A stretch of DNA of 55,751 nucleotides from Akkermansia muciniphila (GTDB taxonomy: Bacteria; Verrucomicrobiota; Verrucomicrobiia; Limisphaerales; SIAT01), in NCBI GenBank assembly GCA_945860945.1, contig CAMASG010000005.1, forward strand, positions 1 through 55,751, written 5' to 3'. Below the pieces are notes generated by a model. That model worked only from the letters and a program-made list of their open reading frames with translations. It made no database searches and was not told the DNA's origin. Of this stretch, positions 28,067 through 37,457 are shown piece after piece. The translations under genes and the position numbers were made by a program. The stretch's first letter is position 1. Each line of letters begins with the position of its first letter.

Positions 28067-29404
28067 TTAGCCGCCGAGCGTTGTTGGGTCCGTCACGTCG
28101 CCCTTGTTGAAATCCACGTATTCCTCGGTGAGGTCGCACGTGTACATCACGGCGCTGGCCTTGCCGAGATTCAGATGGATGTGAAGGTCGAACTCCTTCG
28201 CCGCCACGGCCGCACACAAAGTCTTGAACGGCGTCTTCGTCGGCTGGCCTTTCTTCAACGAGTGAACCTGCTTCTTCGAGCCGGGCGCGCTGTAGGCGAT
28301 GTCCACCTTCTCCTCCACGATCGTTGCTGGCGAGTAACCGAGCGCATCGATGATGCGGCCCCAGTTGGGGTCGCCGCCGAACCAGCTCGTCTTCACGAGC
28401 GTGCTGTTGGCCACCGCGCGGGCCGCGGCATCGGCGTCCGCGAAGTTTTTCGCGCCGCTCACGCGCACGGTGATGAAACGCGTCACACCTTCGCCGTCGC
28501 GCACGATCATCTTCGCCAGTTCGAGGCAGACGTGGCTGAGCGCGGCTTGGAACGCGGCGAAGTCTTTGTGTTTCGCCGACGAGATGTTTGCGTTCTCCGC
28601 CAAACCGTTCGCGAGCACGAGCACGGTGTCGTTCGTGCTCATATCGCCATCCACCGTGATGCGATTGAAACTGTGGGCGACGGCTTCTTCTAGTGCGACG
28701 TGCAGCGCCTTTGATTCGATGGCGGCGTCGGTGGTGATGAAGCAAAGCATCGTGGCGTGAAGCCCGCCGTGGGGTGCGGCGGCGGGGCGCGAACCAGTGG
28801 CGCTCATGCCGGGTTGAATCATGCCGGCACCTTTGCAAATGCCGCCGATGCGAACGGTCTTGCCGCCCAGTTTGAATTCAACCGCGACCTGCTTTGGCCG
28901 CGTGTCGCTGGTCATGATCGCCTCGGCGGTCTCGGTGGCGTGCTCGGGCGCGTCGCCCAAAAGTCCGGCGCAATCGAGGATGCCGCTCTTCACGTTCGCC
29001 ATCGGCATGGTCACGCCGATGCGGCCGGTGGAGGCGACGAAGACGTGCTCGGCCGGCAGGTGGAATTGTTTTGCGACGAGGTCGCTCATCGCGAGCGCGT
29101 CCTTCATTCCCTGTTTGCCGGTGCAGGCGTTGGCGTTGCCGGAGTTGACGACGATGGCCTGCGCGATACCGGCCTTCACGCGTTCAGCGCAGACCTTCAC
29201 CGGCGCGGCGCAAATCTGGTTCGTGGTGAACATCCCCGCCACGGTCGCAGGCATCTCGGAGACGATCAGTGCGAGGTCGCGTTTTTTGCCTTTGGCGGAA
29301 CCTTTGCCGGTGCCGAGCCGCTTGATGTCGCAGAAGACGCCGGCGGTGAGGAATCCTTTCGGAGCGACGATGGCTCCGGGGATGGTTTTAAAAACAACGC
29401 TCAT
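28067..29404 (-). CDS. argJ: Ornithine acetyltransferase / N-acetylglutamate synthase
   Basis: NSGNANACTG, STGRIG, KGAGMI, ATML, DMSTND, DGEG, DPNWGR. Confidence 0.96.
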   Translation of the reverse strand: MSVVFKTIPGAIVAPKGFLTAGVFCDIKRLGTGKGSAKGKKRDLALIVSEMPATVAGMFTTNQICAAPVKVCAERVKAGIAQAIVVNSGNANACTGKQGMKDALAMSDLVAKQFHLPAEHVFVASTGRIGVTMPMANVKSGILDCAGLLGDAPEHATETAEAIMTSDTRPKQVAVEFKLGGKTVRIGGICKGAGMIQPGMSATGSRPAAAPHGGLHATMLCFITTDAAIESKALHVALEEAVAHSFNRITVDGDMSTNDTVLVLANGLAENANISSAKHKDFAAFQAALSHVCLELAKMIVRDGEGVTRFITVRVSGAKNFADADAAARAVANSTLVKTSWFGGDPNWGRIIDALGYSPATIVEEKVDIAYSAPGSKKQVHSLKKGQPTKTPFKTLCAAVAAKEFDLHIHLNLGKASAVMYTCDLTEEYVDFNKGDVTDPTTLGG

Positions 29405-29467
29405 TGAAAAATAAATGACTTAGTCGGCGGTAGTGAGAAAAGGAAAATGCGGCGAACCGCGAAGGTT

Positions 29468-29512
29468 TTATTCGCGGCGGAAGGAGTAATTGGCTTTAGC
29501 GTCCAATTGCAT
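29468..29512 (-). CDS. Putative leader peptide MQLDAKANYSFRRE upstream of argJ
   Basis: ATG at 29512 to TAA at 29468, tandem CGC CGC two codons before the stop, lying between a TTGACA hexamer and argJ. Confidence 0.5.
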   Translation of the reverse strand: MQLDAKANYSFRRE

Positions 29513-29524
29513 CGTGCGATGGCT

Positions 29525-29554
29525 ACAGAAACCAGTTTCATGCCACGCTGTCAA
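29525..29554 (-). promoter_or_regulatory. Putative promoter of the argJ operon
   Basis: Consensus -35 TTGACA at 29554-29549. The -10 is weak (TTCTGT at 18 nt spacing). Confidence 0.45.
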
Positions 29555-29578
29555 CTTCGCTTCGTGAACATTTGCGTG

Positions 29579-30505
29579 TCAGCGGCTCACGAGCACCAGC
29601 GCGACCGCGCCGGCCACGGCGACCGCGCCGCCGGCCAGCGCGCGCCGACTCGGGCGTTCCTCGCCCATCCAGATGGCGAAGGGGATCACGATGAGCGGCG
29701 TGATGGCGACGATGGGCAGTACCACGCCGGTGCCTTTGGTGAGCAGCGCCCACTGGTAACAGCTCACGCCGAGCGTCGGGCCGACGAGCGCGTTGAACGC
29801 GAGCCACGGACCGGCCGCGCGCCATCTTTCTTTTGTCGTCAACGTGGGCGTGGTTGAAACGGGTTCTTCTTTTGCGCCAAAGATTTTTTTGCGCTGCAGG
29901 AAAAGCAGGAACAACGCGGTGATGAAAAGTCCGCCGAGAACGCGTTGGTAGGCGGCGGTGATGCCGTCCACCGGTTCGCCTGCGGCTTCGGCGACGGCGT
30001 AAGCTTTGCGGCTGATTACTGCGCCGAGACCTTGACCGAGCCCAGCTAGCGTGCCGAAAGCGATGCCGGCCGTGAGCGTGCGGCGGTCGAGGTGCGCGTT
30101 CTCGCCCGGCGCGAGCGCCATTCCCACGCCGCCGAGAATGGCGGCGCCGCAGGCGATTTCGGCCACGCTGAGGCGGTTGCCGAGCCAGAGCCATTCCGTC
30201 AAAGCCGCGAACGGCGGGGCAAGACAGTTCACCATCATGATCGTTAATCGCGTGCCGAGGCGCGGATAAGTCTGGAAGAGCGCGATGTCGCCGAGGCCGA
30301 ACCCGATAGCGCCGCTGATGAGGAAGATCGCCAACGCGCCGCCGCCCAAGCCGCCGCCCATCGTGTGCGCCCACGCGCCGAGCAAGAGAGTCGCTAGCGT
30401 GAGCCGCCAGAAATTAACCTCCGTGCCGGGCAGCCACTTGACGAGTTGGCGGCCGGAGACGGCGGAGCAGGAGAACAGGAGGGTGGCAAGAACGGCGCCG
30501 AGCAC
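29579..30505 (-). CDS. DMT/EamA family transporter
   Basis: About 10 hydrophobic segments in two EamA-like halves. Confidence 0.85.
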   Translation of the reverse strand: MLGAVLATLLFSCSAVSGRQLVKWLPGTEVNFWRLTLATLLLGAWAHTMGGGLGGGALAIFLISGAIGFGLGDIALFQTYPRLGTRLTIMMVNCLAPPFAALTEWLWLGNRLSVAEIACGAAILGGVGMALAPGENAHLDRRTLTAGIAFGTLAGLGQGLGAVISRKAYAVAEAAGEPVDGITAAYQRVLGGLFITALFLLFLQRKKIFGAKEEPVSTTPTLTTKERWRAAGPWLAFNALVGPTLGVSCYQWALLTKGTGVVLPIVAITPLIVIPFAIWMGEERPSRRALAGGAVAVAGAVALVLVSR

Positions 30506-30563
30506 GGGGCGAAGTTGTTAGTCGTGGCGCGACGTGTTGTCAGCAAAGAAACGTCGACTCACG

Positions 30564-31988
30564 TCACGCGAGCAGTTCGCGGACGAGTTTGCCGTGCACG
30601 TCGGTGAGGCGGTAATCCCGCCCGCCGTGACGGTAGGTGAGTCGCTCGTGGTTGAGGCCGAGCAGATGCAGAATCGTGGCGTGCAGATCGTGTACGTGGA
30701 CGCGGTCTTGCGCAGCGTGCCAGCCGAAGTCGTCCGTCGCGCCGTGGACGTGTCCGCCTTTCGCGCCGCCGCCCGCCATCCACATCGTGAAGCCGAACGG
30801 ATGATGCTCGCGGCCGTTGTTGCCTTCGGCCGTCGGAGTGCGGCCGAACTCGCCGCCCCACACGACGAGTGTGTCCTTCAGCAGGCCGCGCGCCTTCAGA
30901 TCCTTCAGCAACCCAGCGATTGGTTTATCCACGGAAGCGCAGTTGGCTGGCAATTCCACGCGCAGATTTCCGTGCTGATCCCAGAGTTGGCAGCTCGAGC
31001 GTTTGTTCGTCTGCGTGTGATAAACCTGCACCATCCGCACGCCGCGCTCGACGAGTCGCCGCGCCATCAGACATTGCTTGCCGAAAATCTCCGTCGTCGG
31101 CTCGTCGAGGCCGTACAGCTTCCGCGTCTCCGGGGATTCGAGCCCAGTGTCGAAGGCCTCGGGCGCTTCGCGCTGCATCCGGAAGGCGAGCTCGAACGAC
31201 TCGATGCGCGACGAGAGCCGCGAGTCTTCCTCGCGCTGCGCGGCGTGAAGACGGTTCAGCTCCTGCATCAAATCGAGTTTTCGCCGCTGTGCTTCGGACG
31301 AACCGCCGGCGAGGTTGGCGATTGGTTTTTTGAGGTCGGTGACGAGTGTGCCTTGATAAGCCGCGGGCAGAAAACTCGAGTTCCAGAGCGGCGCGCCTTG
31401 TGCGGGCTGCGCAGGGCTGATGACGACGAAGCCGGGCAGATTTTGATTCTCGCTGCCGAGGCCGTAGAGCAACCACGAGCCGAGGCTCGGACGCGAGAAG
31501 GCCTGCTCACCGGTGTTCATCTGCAGGCACGCGCCGTTGTGGTTGATGTTGTCCGCGACCATCGAGCGGATCACGCAGATGTCGTCCGCGCAGCCGGAGA
31601 GGTGCGGCAGAAGTTCGCTTATCTCGGTGCCACTTTGCCCGTGCTTTTTGAACGTGTACGGCGAGGCGAAGAGATTGCCCGTCCGCGTGCGCTCGAGCTT
31701 CGGTCTCTCGATCGGGAGCGGCTTACCGTTGAGTTCGGCGAGCTTCGGTTTGGGATCGAACGTGTCCACGTGCGACGGCCCGCCGGACATGAAAAGGAAG
31801 ATGACGCGCTTGGCTTTCGGCGCGAAGTGCGGCGGGCGGACAGTGAGCGGGTTTGATGAAGGGGCTGCGAGCGCGCGGCTGGCGAAGTCGTCGGATAGCA
31901 ACTGCGCGAGGCCGAGCATGCCGAAGCCGTTGGCGAAGTGGCCGAGCATTTGTCGGCGGTTCAGCGTATTGTCGAAAGGATTATTCAT
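30564..31988 (-). CDS. DUF1501 domain protein with Tat-like N-terminus
   Basis: NRRQML, FLFMSGGPSHVDTFDPKP, WDQH, WGGEFGRTP, DLHATIL. Confidence 0.9.
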   Translation of the reverse strand: MNNPFDNTLNRRQMLGHFANGFGMLGLAQLLSDDFASRALAAPSSNPLTVRPPHFAPKAKRVIFLFMSGGPSHVDTFDPKPKLAELNGKPLPIERPKLERTRTGNLFASPYTFKKHGQSGTEISELLPHLSGCADDICVIRSMVADNINHNGACLQMNTGEQAFSRPSLGSWLLYGLGSENQNLPGFVVISPAQPAQGAPLWNSSFLPAAYQGTLVTDLKKPIANLAGGSSEAQRRKLDLMQELNRLHAAQREEDSRLSSRIESFELAFRMQREAPEAFDTGLESPETRKLYGLDEPTTEIFGKQCLMARRLVERGVRMVQVYHTQTNKRSSCQLWDQHGNLRVELPANCASVDKPIAGLLKDLKARGLLKDTLVVWGGEFGRTPTAEGNNGREHHPFGFTMWMAGGGAKGGHVHGATDDFGWHAAQDRVHVHDLHATILHLLGLNHERLTYRHGGRDYRLTDVHGKLVRELLA

Positions 31989-32006
31989 CGCAACAGAGGT
32001 TCGGTT

Positions 32007-34898
32007 TCAGTCCACGTAAATGAATTCATTCGCGCAGAGCAGAGCGTGGCAATAGCGGTCCAGCCGATCCTCCACAGTGCCGCCGGTCTCGGGCGCGAGT
32101 GAGGCGATGCCGAGCGCGGTCTCCTTTCCGAGCGGCGGCCGGCCGTAGAGGGTTTGATAGAGCCAGCCGATTTGCGCGGTGGTTTCGGCGGGCGCTTCCT
32201 TCGCTGCGCGTCGGGCGAGTGCTTTCGCCTGCGCCTGCGCGAATGGATGGTTGAGAAGAAAGAGTGCCTGCGGAGCGACGGTGGATTCGGTGCGTTTCTC
32301 GACGATTGAGTCGGGATCGGCTGCATCAAACAATGTGCGATAATTGCTGCGATCGGAACGAGCAGTCATCAGATACAACGTGCGCCGCGGGGTCTCCAAT
32401 TCGCGAAAGGAAGGTCCGCCGAGAGTGAAATCCAGCGCGCCAGCGGCGGCGACCAGCGAATCACGCAACGCTTCGGCATCCAGCCGTTGCCGATTCTGTC
32501 GGCCGAAGAGCCGGTTATCGGGATCGCTTCGCGCCGTCAACGAAGAGCCGGAGCTTTGCTGGTAGGCGGCCGAGTTCACCATGAGTCGGTGCATCGCTTT
32601 GAGGCTCCAGCCGGACTCGGTGAAACGGCTCGCGAGCCAGTCGAGCAACTCCGGGTGCGTGGGAGTCTCGCCGAGCTTGCCGAAATTATTCGCTGTGCGG
32701 ACGAGGCCTTCGCCGAAGTGATGTTGCCAGAGGCGGTTCATCATCACGCGCGCGGTGAGCGGGTTCTCCGCGCTGGAAATCCATCGCGCTAAATCTAGCC
32801 GACCGCTGCCGCTCGCGATCCGCGGCTGCGTGGTGGCGAGCACCACGGGGAAGGCGCGTGGCACGACGTCGCCGAGCCGGTCGTAGCGGCCGCGGCCGTG
32901 CAAGCGAACGTCATTAAACCCTTCGTATTCCGTCTTGGGAATTCCGCCTTCCTGAAAACCGTGCGTCATCGCCGGCGGCTTCAATTCGGAGGTGAGGCGT
33001 TTGCGCTCCGCTTCGAGCGCGGCGAGATCGGGCTTGTCATTCGCGAGCTGCGCGCCTTCACCGGCGCAAATCCACCAGAGATTGTCCTGCCCCTGTTTGG
33101 CGCCGTTGATAAGCGCTTCGTGCAGTGACCATGCGCGTCCATCTGCGGCTTTGATTCGGAACTCCACCTGCGTCGAGTCGCACGAGTAATCGTTGCGCGG
33201 GCCGATGATGAGCTGCAGCAGGTCGCCTTCCGCGACGGTCACTTCCTGTTCCGTGAACTCGACATTTTTGCCGTTGTCCATCGCGCCTTCAGAGAGCGTT
33301 TTGCCGGCGTGCCGCACAGACCACGTGACGCCGTTACCACAGGTTGGATCCACGTCGATGAGCTTCGCGCTCACGCGCACGCGGCCGGCGAGCGGACTGC
33401 GCCACGCGGCGGTGACGGGCGTTTTCGGGCCGGGATGCAGCGCGATGGCGCGCGCGGGAAGCTTGATGGTGATGAAGGCGACGGCGTTCGTGGTGGTGTT
33501 GATGACGAGGGAAGGATTGGGCGCATCCTTCGGCGACCATGAGTGGAGGCCGGGTTTGTTTTGGACATCACGCTGGACCACGGTGAACGGCACCAACCCA
33601 CCGGCGATTTTCGCATCGATAGCCGCAATCCGTTGCTGCAATGCATCGCGCGTGGCTTGCTCGGTGGGCGGCGCGATCGGGATGCGCATGATATTTTCGC
33701 CCGCGGTGGGCGCGTTGAACTTTGCGAGGATGCGGCTGCTGAAGAAAAATCCCGCGAGGCCGTAATAGTCGCGCTGCGTGATGGGGTCGAACTTGTGGTC
33801 GTGGCAGCGCGCGCAGGCGACGGTGAGGCCGAGGAACGCGCGGCCGGTCACGTCGATCTGGTCATCCACGATGTCGGTGTAAACCTTCTTCTTGTCCGAG
33901 TCACCGTTGCCCCAACTGCCGATGGCGTAAAGGCTGGTCGCGATGATTTTGCCTGCGTCGAAGGGCGCGTTGGTTTGTGCGGCGAGGATGTCACCAGCGA
34001 TTTGCTGACGGATGAATTCGTCGTAAGGCAGGTCGCGGTTGAGAGCGTCCACAACCCAATCGCGATAACGCCACGCGTCGAGAATATCGCCGTCCTTGCC
34101 GAGGCTGCGCGCATCGAGCGAGTCGGCGTAGCGCACCACATCGAGCCAATGCCGCGCCCAGCGTTCACCGTAACGCGGGCTGGCGAGTAGACGATCCACA
34201 ACCTTGGCGAATGCGGTGGGCGAACTGTCCGCGAGGAAACTCGCGGTCTCCGCGGGCGTCGGCGGCAGGCCAGTCAGATCGACCGTGACGCGCCGCAACA
34301 GCGTGCGTTTGTCGGCCGTCGGCGCGGGGCGGAGACGGTTCGCCTCGAGCTTCGCGAGAATGAAACGGTCGATGGGCGACTTGGGCCACGACGTATCCTT
34401 CACCGACGGCGTCGGCGGATTGGTCGGCTTCGCGAAGGCCCATTTCTTGCGCTCGGTCGCGAGGTCGAAGGGAAGCGTGACTGCGGACGGAGAGATGGTA
34501 GCAGACGGAGCGTTGGTGCGCGGGTCGATCGCGCCCGTGCGAATCCATGTCTCGAGGTCGGCGATTTGTTGGGGCGCGAGCCGCTGGTTTTTCGGCGGCA
34601 TCTGCAATTCCTTGTCCGTATAACGCACGGCGCGGATGAGCAGGCTTTCGTCCGGTTTGCCGGGGCGAACAGCCGTGCCGCTCTCTCCGCCTTTCACCCA
34701 ACCGTCGCGCGAATCGATCCGCAGACCGCCCTTTTGCTTCTGCTCGCCGTGGCATTCGTAGCAGCGCTCGGCGAGAAGTGGACGGATGCGTTTCTCGAAG
34801 AACTCGATTTGATCCAGCGCAGGCGCGGCGGAGAGAGAGGTCGTCGCAGCCATCACGGCAGTCAGGAGCAGCGCCAATGTTTTCCGAGAGTGAATCAC
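32007..34898 (-). CDS. Planctomycete cytochrome c / PSD1 (DUF1549-DUF1553) protein
   Basis: CYECH and CARCHDH motifs, SPRYGERWARHWLD, PTHPELLDWLA; paired with DUF1501. Confidence 0.9.
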   Translation of the reverse strand: MIHSRKTLALLLTAVMAATTSLSAAPALDQIEFFEKRIRPLLAERCYECHGEQKQKGGLRIDSRDGWVKGGESGTAVRPGKPDESLLIRAVRYTDKELQMPPKNQRLAPQQIADLETWIRTGAIDPRTNAPSATISPSAVTLPFDLATERKKWAFAKPTNPPTPSVKDTSWPKSPIDRFILAKLEANRLRPAPTADKRTLLRRVTVDLTGLPPTPAETASFLADSSPTAFAKVVDRLLASPRYGERWARHWLDVVRYADSLDARSLGKDGDILDAWRYRDWVVDALNRDLPYDEFIRQQIAGDILAAQTNAPFDAGKIIATSLYAIGSWGNGDSDKKKVYTDIVDDQIDVTGRAFLGLTVACARCHDHKFDPITQRDYYGLAGFFFSSRILAKFNAPTAGENIMRIPIAPPTEQATRDALQQRIAAIDAKIAGGLVPFTVVQRDVQNKPGLHSWSPKDAPNPSLVINTTTNAVAFITIKLPARAIALHPGPKTPVTAAWRSPLAGRVRVSAKLIDVDPTCGNGVTWSVRHAGKTLSEGAMDNGKNVEFTEQEVTVAEGDLLQLIIGPRNDYSCDSTQVEFRIKAADGRAWSLHEALINGAKQGQDNLWWICAGEGAQLANDKPDLAALEAERKRLTSELKPPAMTHGFQEGGIPKTEYEGFNDVRLHGRGRYDRLGDVVPRAFPVVLATTQPRIASGSGRLDLARWISSAENPLTARVMMNRLWQHHFGEGLVRTANNFGKLGETPTHPELLDWLASRFTESGWSLKAMHRLMVNSAAYQQSSGSSLTARSDPDNRLFGRQNRQRLDAEALRDSLVAAAGALDFTLGGPSFRELETPRRTLYLMTARSDRSNYRTLFDAADPDSIVEKRTESTVAPQALFLLNHPFAQAQAKALARRAAKEAPAETTAQIGWLYQTLYGRPPLGKETALGIASLAPETGGTVEDRLDRYCHALLCANEFIYVD

Positions 34899-35023
34899 GC
34901 AAAGAGGCTAGTACGGCGCGCGACAAAGTAAAGCGGCCGTTGCGTGAGCGCGGTGCCGTGCTGTGAATAAAACGAACAAGAATTGGTTGAGGCGCGGACA
35001 AAACTCCGTAGAATCCACGAGCG

Positions 35024-36022
35024 ATGACACAAAACTTTTTCCTCACTGGATTCGCTTGCGCCGCCGGCCTCGTTTTCGGAGCTCAACCGCCGCCGTCCGC
35101 GGTGCCCGCGAAACCGCAGACTCCACCGCCGACAGCCGAGCAGGAGGTTTTCATGCGCCAGTCGCGCGAATCGTTCCGCAACGGGAAGAACAAGGAGGCG
35201 ATCACCTTTGCGACGAAGGCCGTCACCGCATCGCCGCAGAATTTTTACGGCTACCATTTCCGTGGCCAGTTGCATGAGGCGCTGCGGATGAACGACGAGG
35301 CGGTGCAGGATCTCAGCCTCGCGCTGCGGATCGATCCATCGCAGGCCGAGGTTTATCAGATGCGCGGTGGTTGCCAGTTCAAGCTGGGACGCTTCAAGGA
35401 ATCCGTCGCCGACTTCGACACGTACATCCGGTTTCAACCGAAGCAGGAGCCTCACCATTGGCAGCGCGGCATCTCCTACTATTACGCCAAGCGTTACGAG
35501 GAGGGTCGCAAGCAGTTTGATTGGCATCAGACGGTGAACCACAACGACGTGGAGAACGCTGTCTGGCATTTTCTCTGCGTGGCACGCAAGGACGGTCTCG
35601 AGAAGGCGCGCGAGAAAATCATCCCCATCGAGGGCGACAAGCGCGTGCCGATGATGGAGGTGCATAAACTTTTCGCCGGCAAACTGAAGCCGAGCGAGGT
35701 GATGGCCGCCGCCAAGGCCGGCAATCCGCCGCCCGCCGAACTCGAGTACCGGCTCTTCAACGCGCATCTTTATCTCGGCCTTTACTACGACGTGACCGGC
35801 AAGACGGACCTCGCGCTGCCTTATCTGCGCCGTGCGGCTGAGAAGTCGGAGAAGTTCGGCTACATGGGCGACGTCGCGCGCGTTCACGCTGATTATATGC
35901 AGAAGGAACCGGTCGTGACGCCGAAGGGCGCGGTCGCTGCGCCGAAAGAAAAAGCGGTTGTGCCGAAGGAGAAAGAGCAGGGGAAACTGGAGAGTTCGGA
36001 AAAGGCACCGAAGCAAAAGTAA
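35024..36022 (+). CDS. Secreted TPR protein, NlpI-like
   Basis: TPR helices, WQRGISYYY, NDVENAVWHFLC, AHLYLGLYY. Confidence 0.75.
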   Translation: MTQNFFLTGFACAAGLVFGAQPPPSAVPAKPQTPPPTAEQEVFMRQSRESFRNGKNKEAITFATKAVTASPQNFYGYHFRGQLHEALRMNDEAVQDLSLALRIDPSQAEVYQMRGGCQFKLGRFKESVADFDTYIRFQPKQEPHHWQRGISYYYAKRYEEGRKQFDWHQTVNHNDVENAVWHFLCVARKDGLEKAREKIIPIEGDKRVPMMEVHKLFAGKLKPSEVMAAAKAGNPPPAELEYRLFNAHLYLGLYYDVTGKTDLALPYLRRAAEKSEKFGYMGDVARVHADYMQKEPVVTPKGAVAAPKEKAVVPKEKEQGKLESSEKAPKQK

Positions 36023-36053
36023 GTCACGTTCTCCGCCGTCCGTTTTTCCCTTC

Positions 36054-37457
36054 ATGTCCAAGCCCGCCGACATCCGCTGCATTTCCAGCGCGCTCCATTT
36101 CCTACCGGTCCACACGCGCATGCCGCTGAAGTTCGGGCCGGAGACGGTCACATACGTCACCTGCGCCCGTGCCCGCGTCCGCGTCGCGGATGCGAGCGGT
36201 CGCACTGCCGAAGGTTGGGGCGAGACGCCGCTCTCCGTGACGTGGGTCTGGCCGAGCGCGTTGCCATACGAGGAACGCCACACGGCGTTGAAAGATTTTA
36301 CGCTGATGCTTGCGCGTGCGTGGACAGAGTTCGCCGCGAGCGGTCATCCGATCGAACTCGGCCACGATTTCCAGAAGCACGCGCTGCCGCAGTTGCTCGC
36401 CGAGGCGAACGCCGCGCGCGCCGGTCGCGAACCGATGCCGTGGCTGGCGGCGCTGGTTTGTTGCTCCGTGCTCGATCTCGCGGTGCACGACGCCTACGGC
36501 AACTTGCACGGCCGGCGCGTTTACGAGTTGTACGGCTCGGAATGGATGAGCCGCTCGCTCGCGGATTTTCTTTCGCCCGTTGGCACCGATGTTTCATTTG
36601 CCGGCAAGTTTCCGAGCGACTTCTTCGTCTCGCCTGCACCGCAGCGGTTGCGCGCGTGGCATTTGGTCGGCGGACTCGATCCGCTGGATGAATCGGAATT
36701 GAAAGGCACGGAGCCGAAGGATGGGTATCCCGTGCTGCTCGCGGACTGGATCCGGCGCGACGGATTGAAGTGTCTCAAAATCAAACTGCGCGGCAACGAC
36801 ACGGCGTGGGATTTTGCGCGCACGGTGAAGATCGGCGCGATCGCCGTGGCTCACGGAGTGGAATGGTTGACTGCTGATTTCAACTGCACCGTCATGGAGC
36901 CGGCGTATGTGAACGAGATTCTCGATCGCCTGCGCGACGAGCATCCGCGCCTGTACGGCATGTTGCTCTACGTCGAGCAGCCGTTTCCTTACGAGCTGGA
37001 GAAGCACCGCATCGATGTGCGCAGCGTCGCCGCGCGCAAGCCGCTTTTCCTCGATGAAAGCGCGCACGATTGGGAACACGTGCGGCTTGGGCGCGAGCTG
37101 GGCTGGACCGGCGTGGCGCTCAAGACGTGCAAGACGCAGACGGGCGCGCTGCTCTCGGCCTGCTGGGCGAAGGCGCACGGGATGACGCTGATGGTGCAGG
37201 ATCTTACGAACCCGATGCTGGCGCAAATTCCGCACTGCCTGCTTGCGGCGCACACTGGCACGATTCAAGGCGTGGAGACGAACGCGATGCAGTTTTATCC
37301 GGAAGCCTCGACTGCCGAAGCGCAGGTGCATCCGGGCCTGTACGCGCGGCGCGATGGCTGTGTGGATCTCGGCACGCTTCGCGGCGCGGGCTTTGGTTAT
37401 CGCGTGGAAGAGATCCGGCGCGAACTGCCGGCAGCGGCGGGGGAGTTCGGGAAATGA
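36054..37457 (+). CDS. Enolase superfamily protein (mandelate racemase/muconate lactonizing-like)
   Basis: GWGE capping domain, KIK motif, acidic ligands in DFN, EQP and DES; start set at MSKPAD. Confidence 0.75.
   Translation: MSKPADIRCISSALHFLPVHTRMPLKFGPETVTYVTCARARVRVADASGRTAEGWGETPLSVTWVWPSALPYEERHTALKDFTLMLARAWTEFAASGHPIELGHDFQKHALPQLLAEANAARAGREPMPWLAALVCCSVLDLAVHDAYGNLHGRRVYELYGSEWMSRSLADFLSPVGTDVSFAGKFPSDFFVSPAPQRLRAWHLVGGLDPLDESELKGTEPKDGYPVLLADWIRRDGLKCLKIKLRGNDTAWDFARTVKIGAIAVAHGVEWLTADFNCTVMEPAYVNEILDRLRDEHPRLYGMLLYVEQPFPYELEKHRIDVRSVAARKPLFLDESAHDWEHVRLGRELGWTGVALKTCKTQTGALLSACWAKAHGMTLMVQDLTNPMLAQIPHCLLAAHTGTIQGVETNAMQFYPEASTAEAQVHPGLYARRDGCVDLGTLRGAGFGYRVEEIRRELPAAAGEFGK

Noticed and set aside
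24226-28838. Long N-terminal extensions in track ORFs for argF, alkA and argB (also 37070 and 41696 starts)
   Set aside because: Extensions overlap upstream genes out of frame; family similarity begins at later starts.
29403-29420. ARG-box-like AT-rich stretch at the argJ start
   Set aside because: Three mismatches at core positions, single copy, and far from the promoter; more likely an unstructured initiation region.
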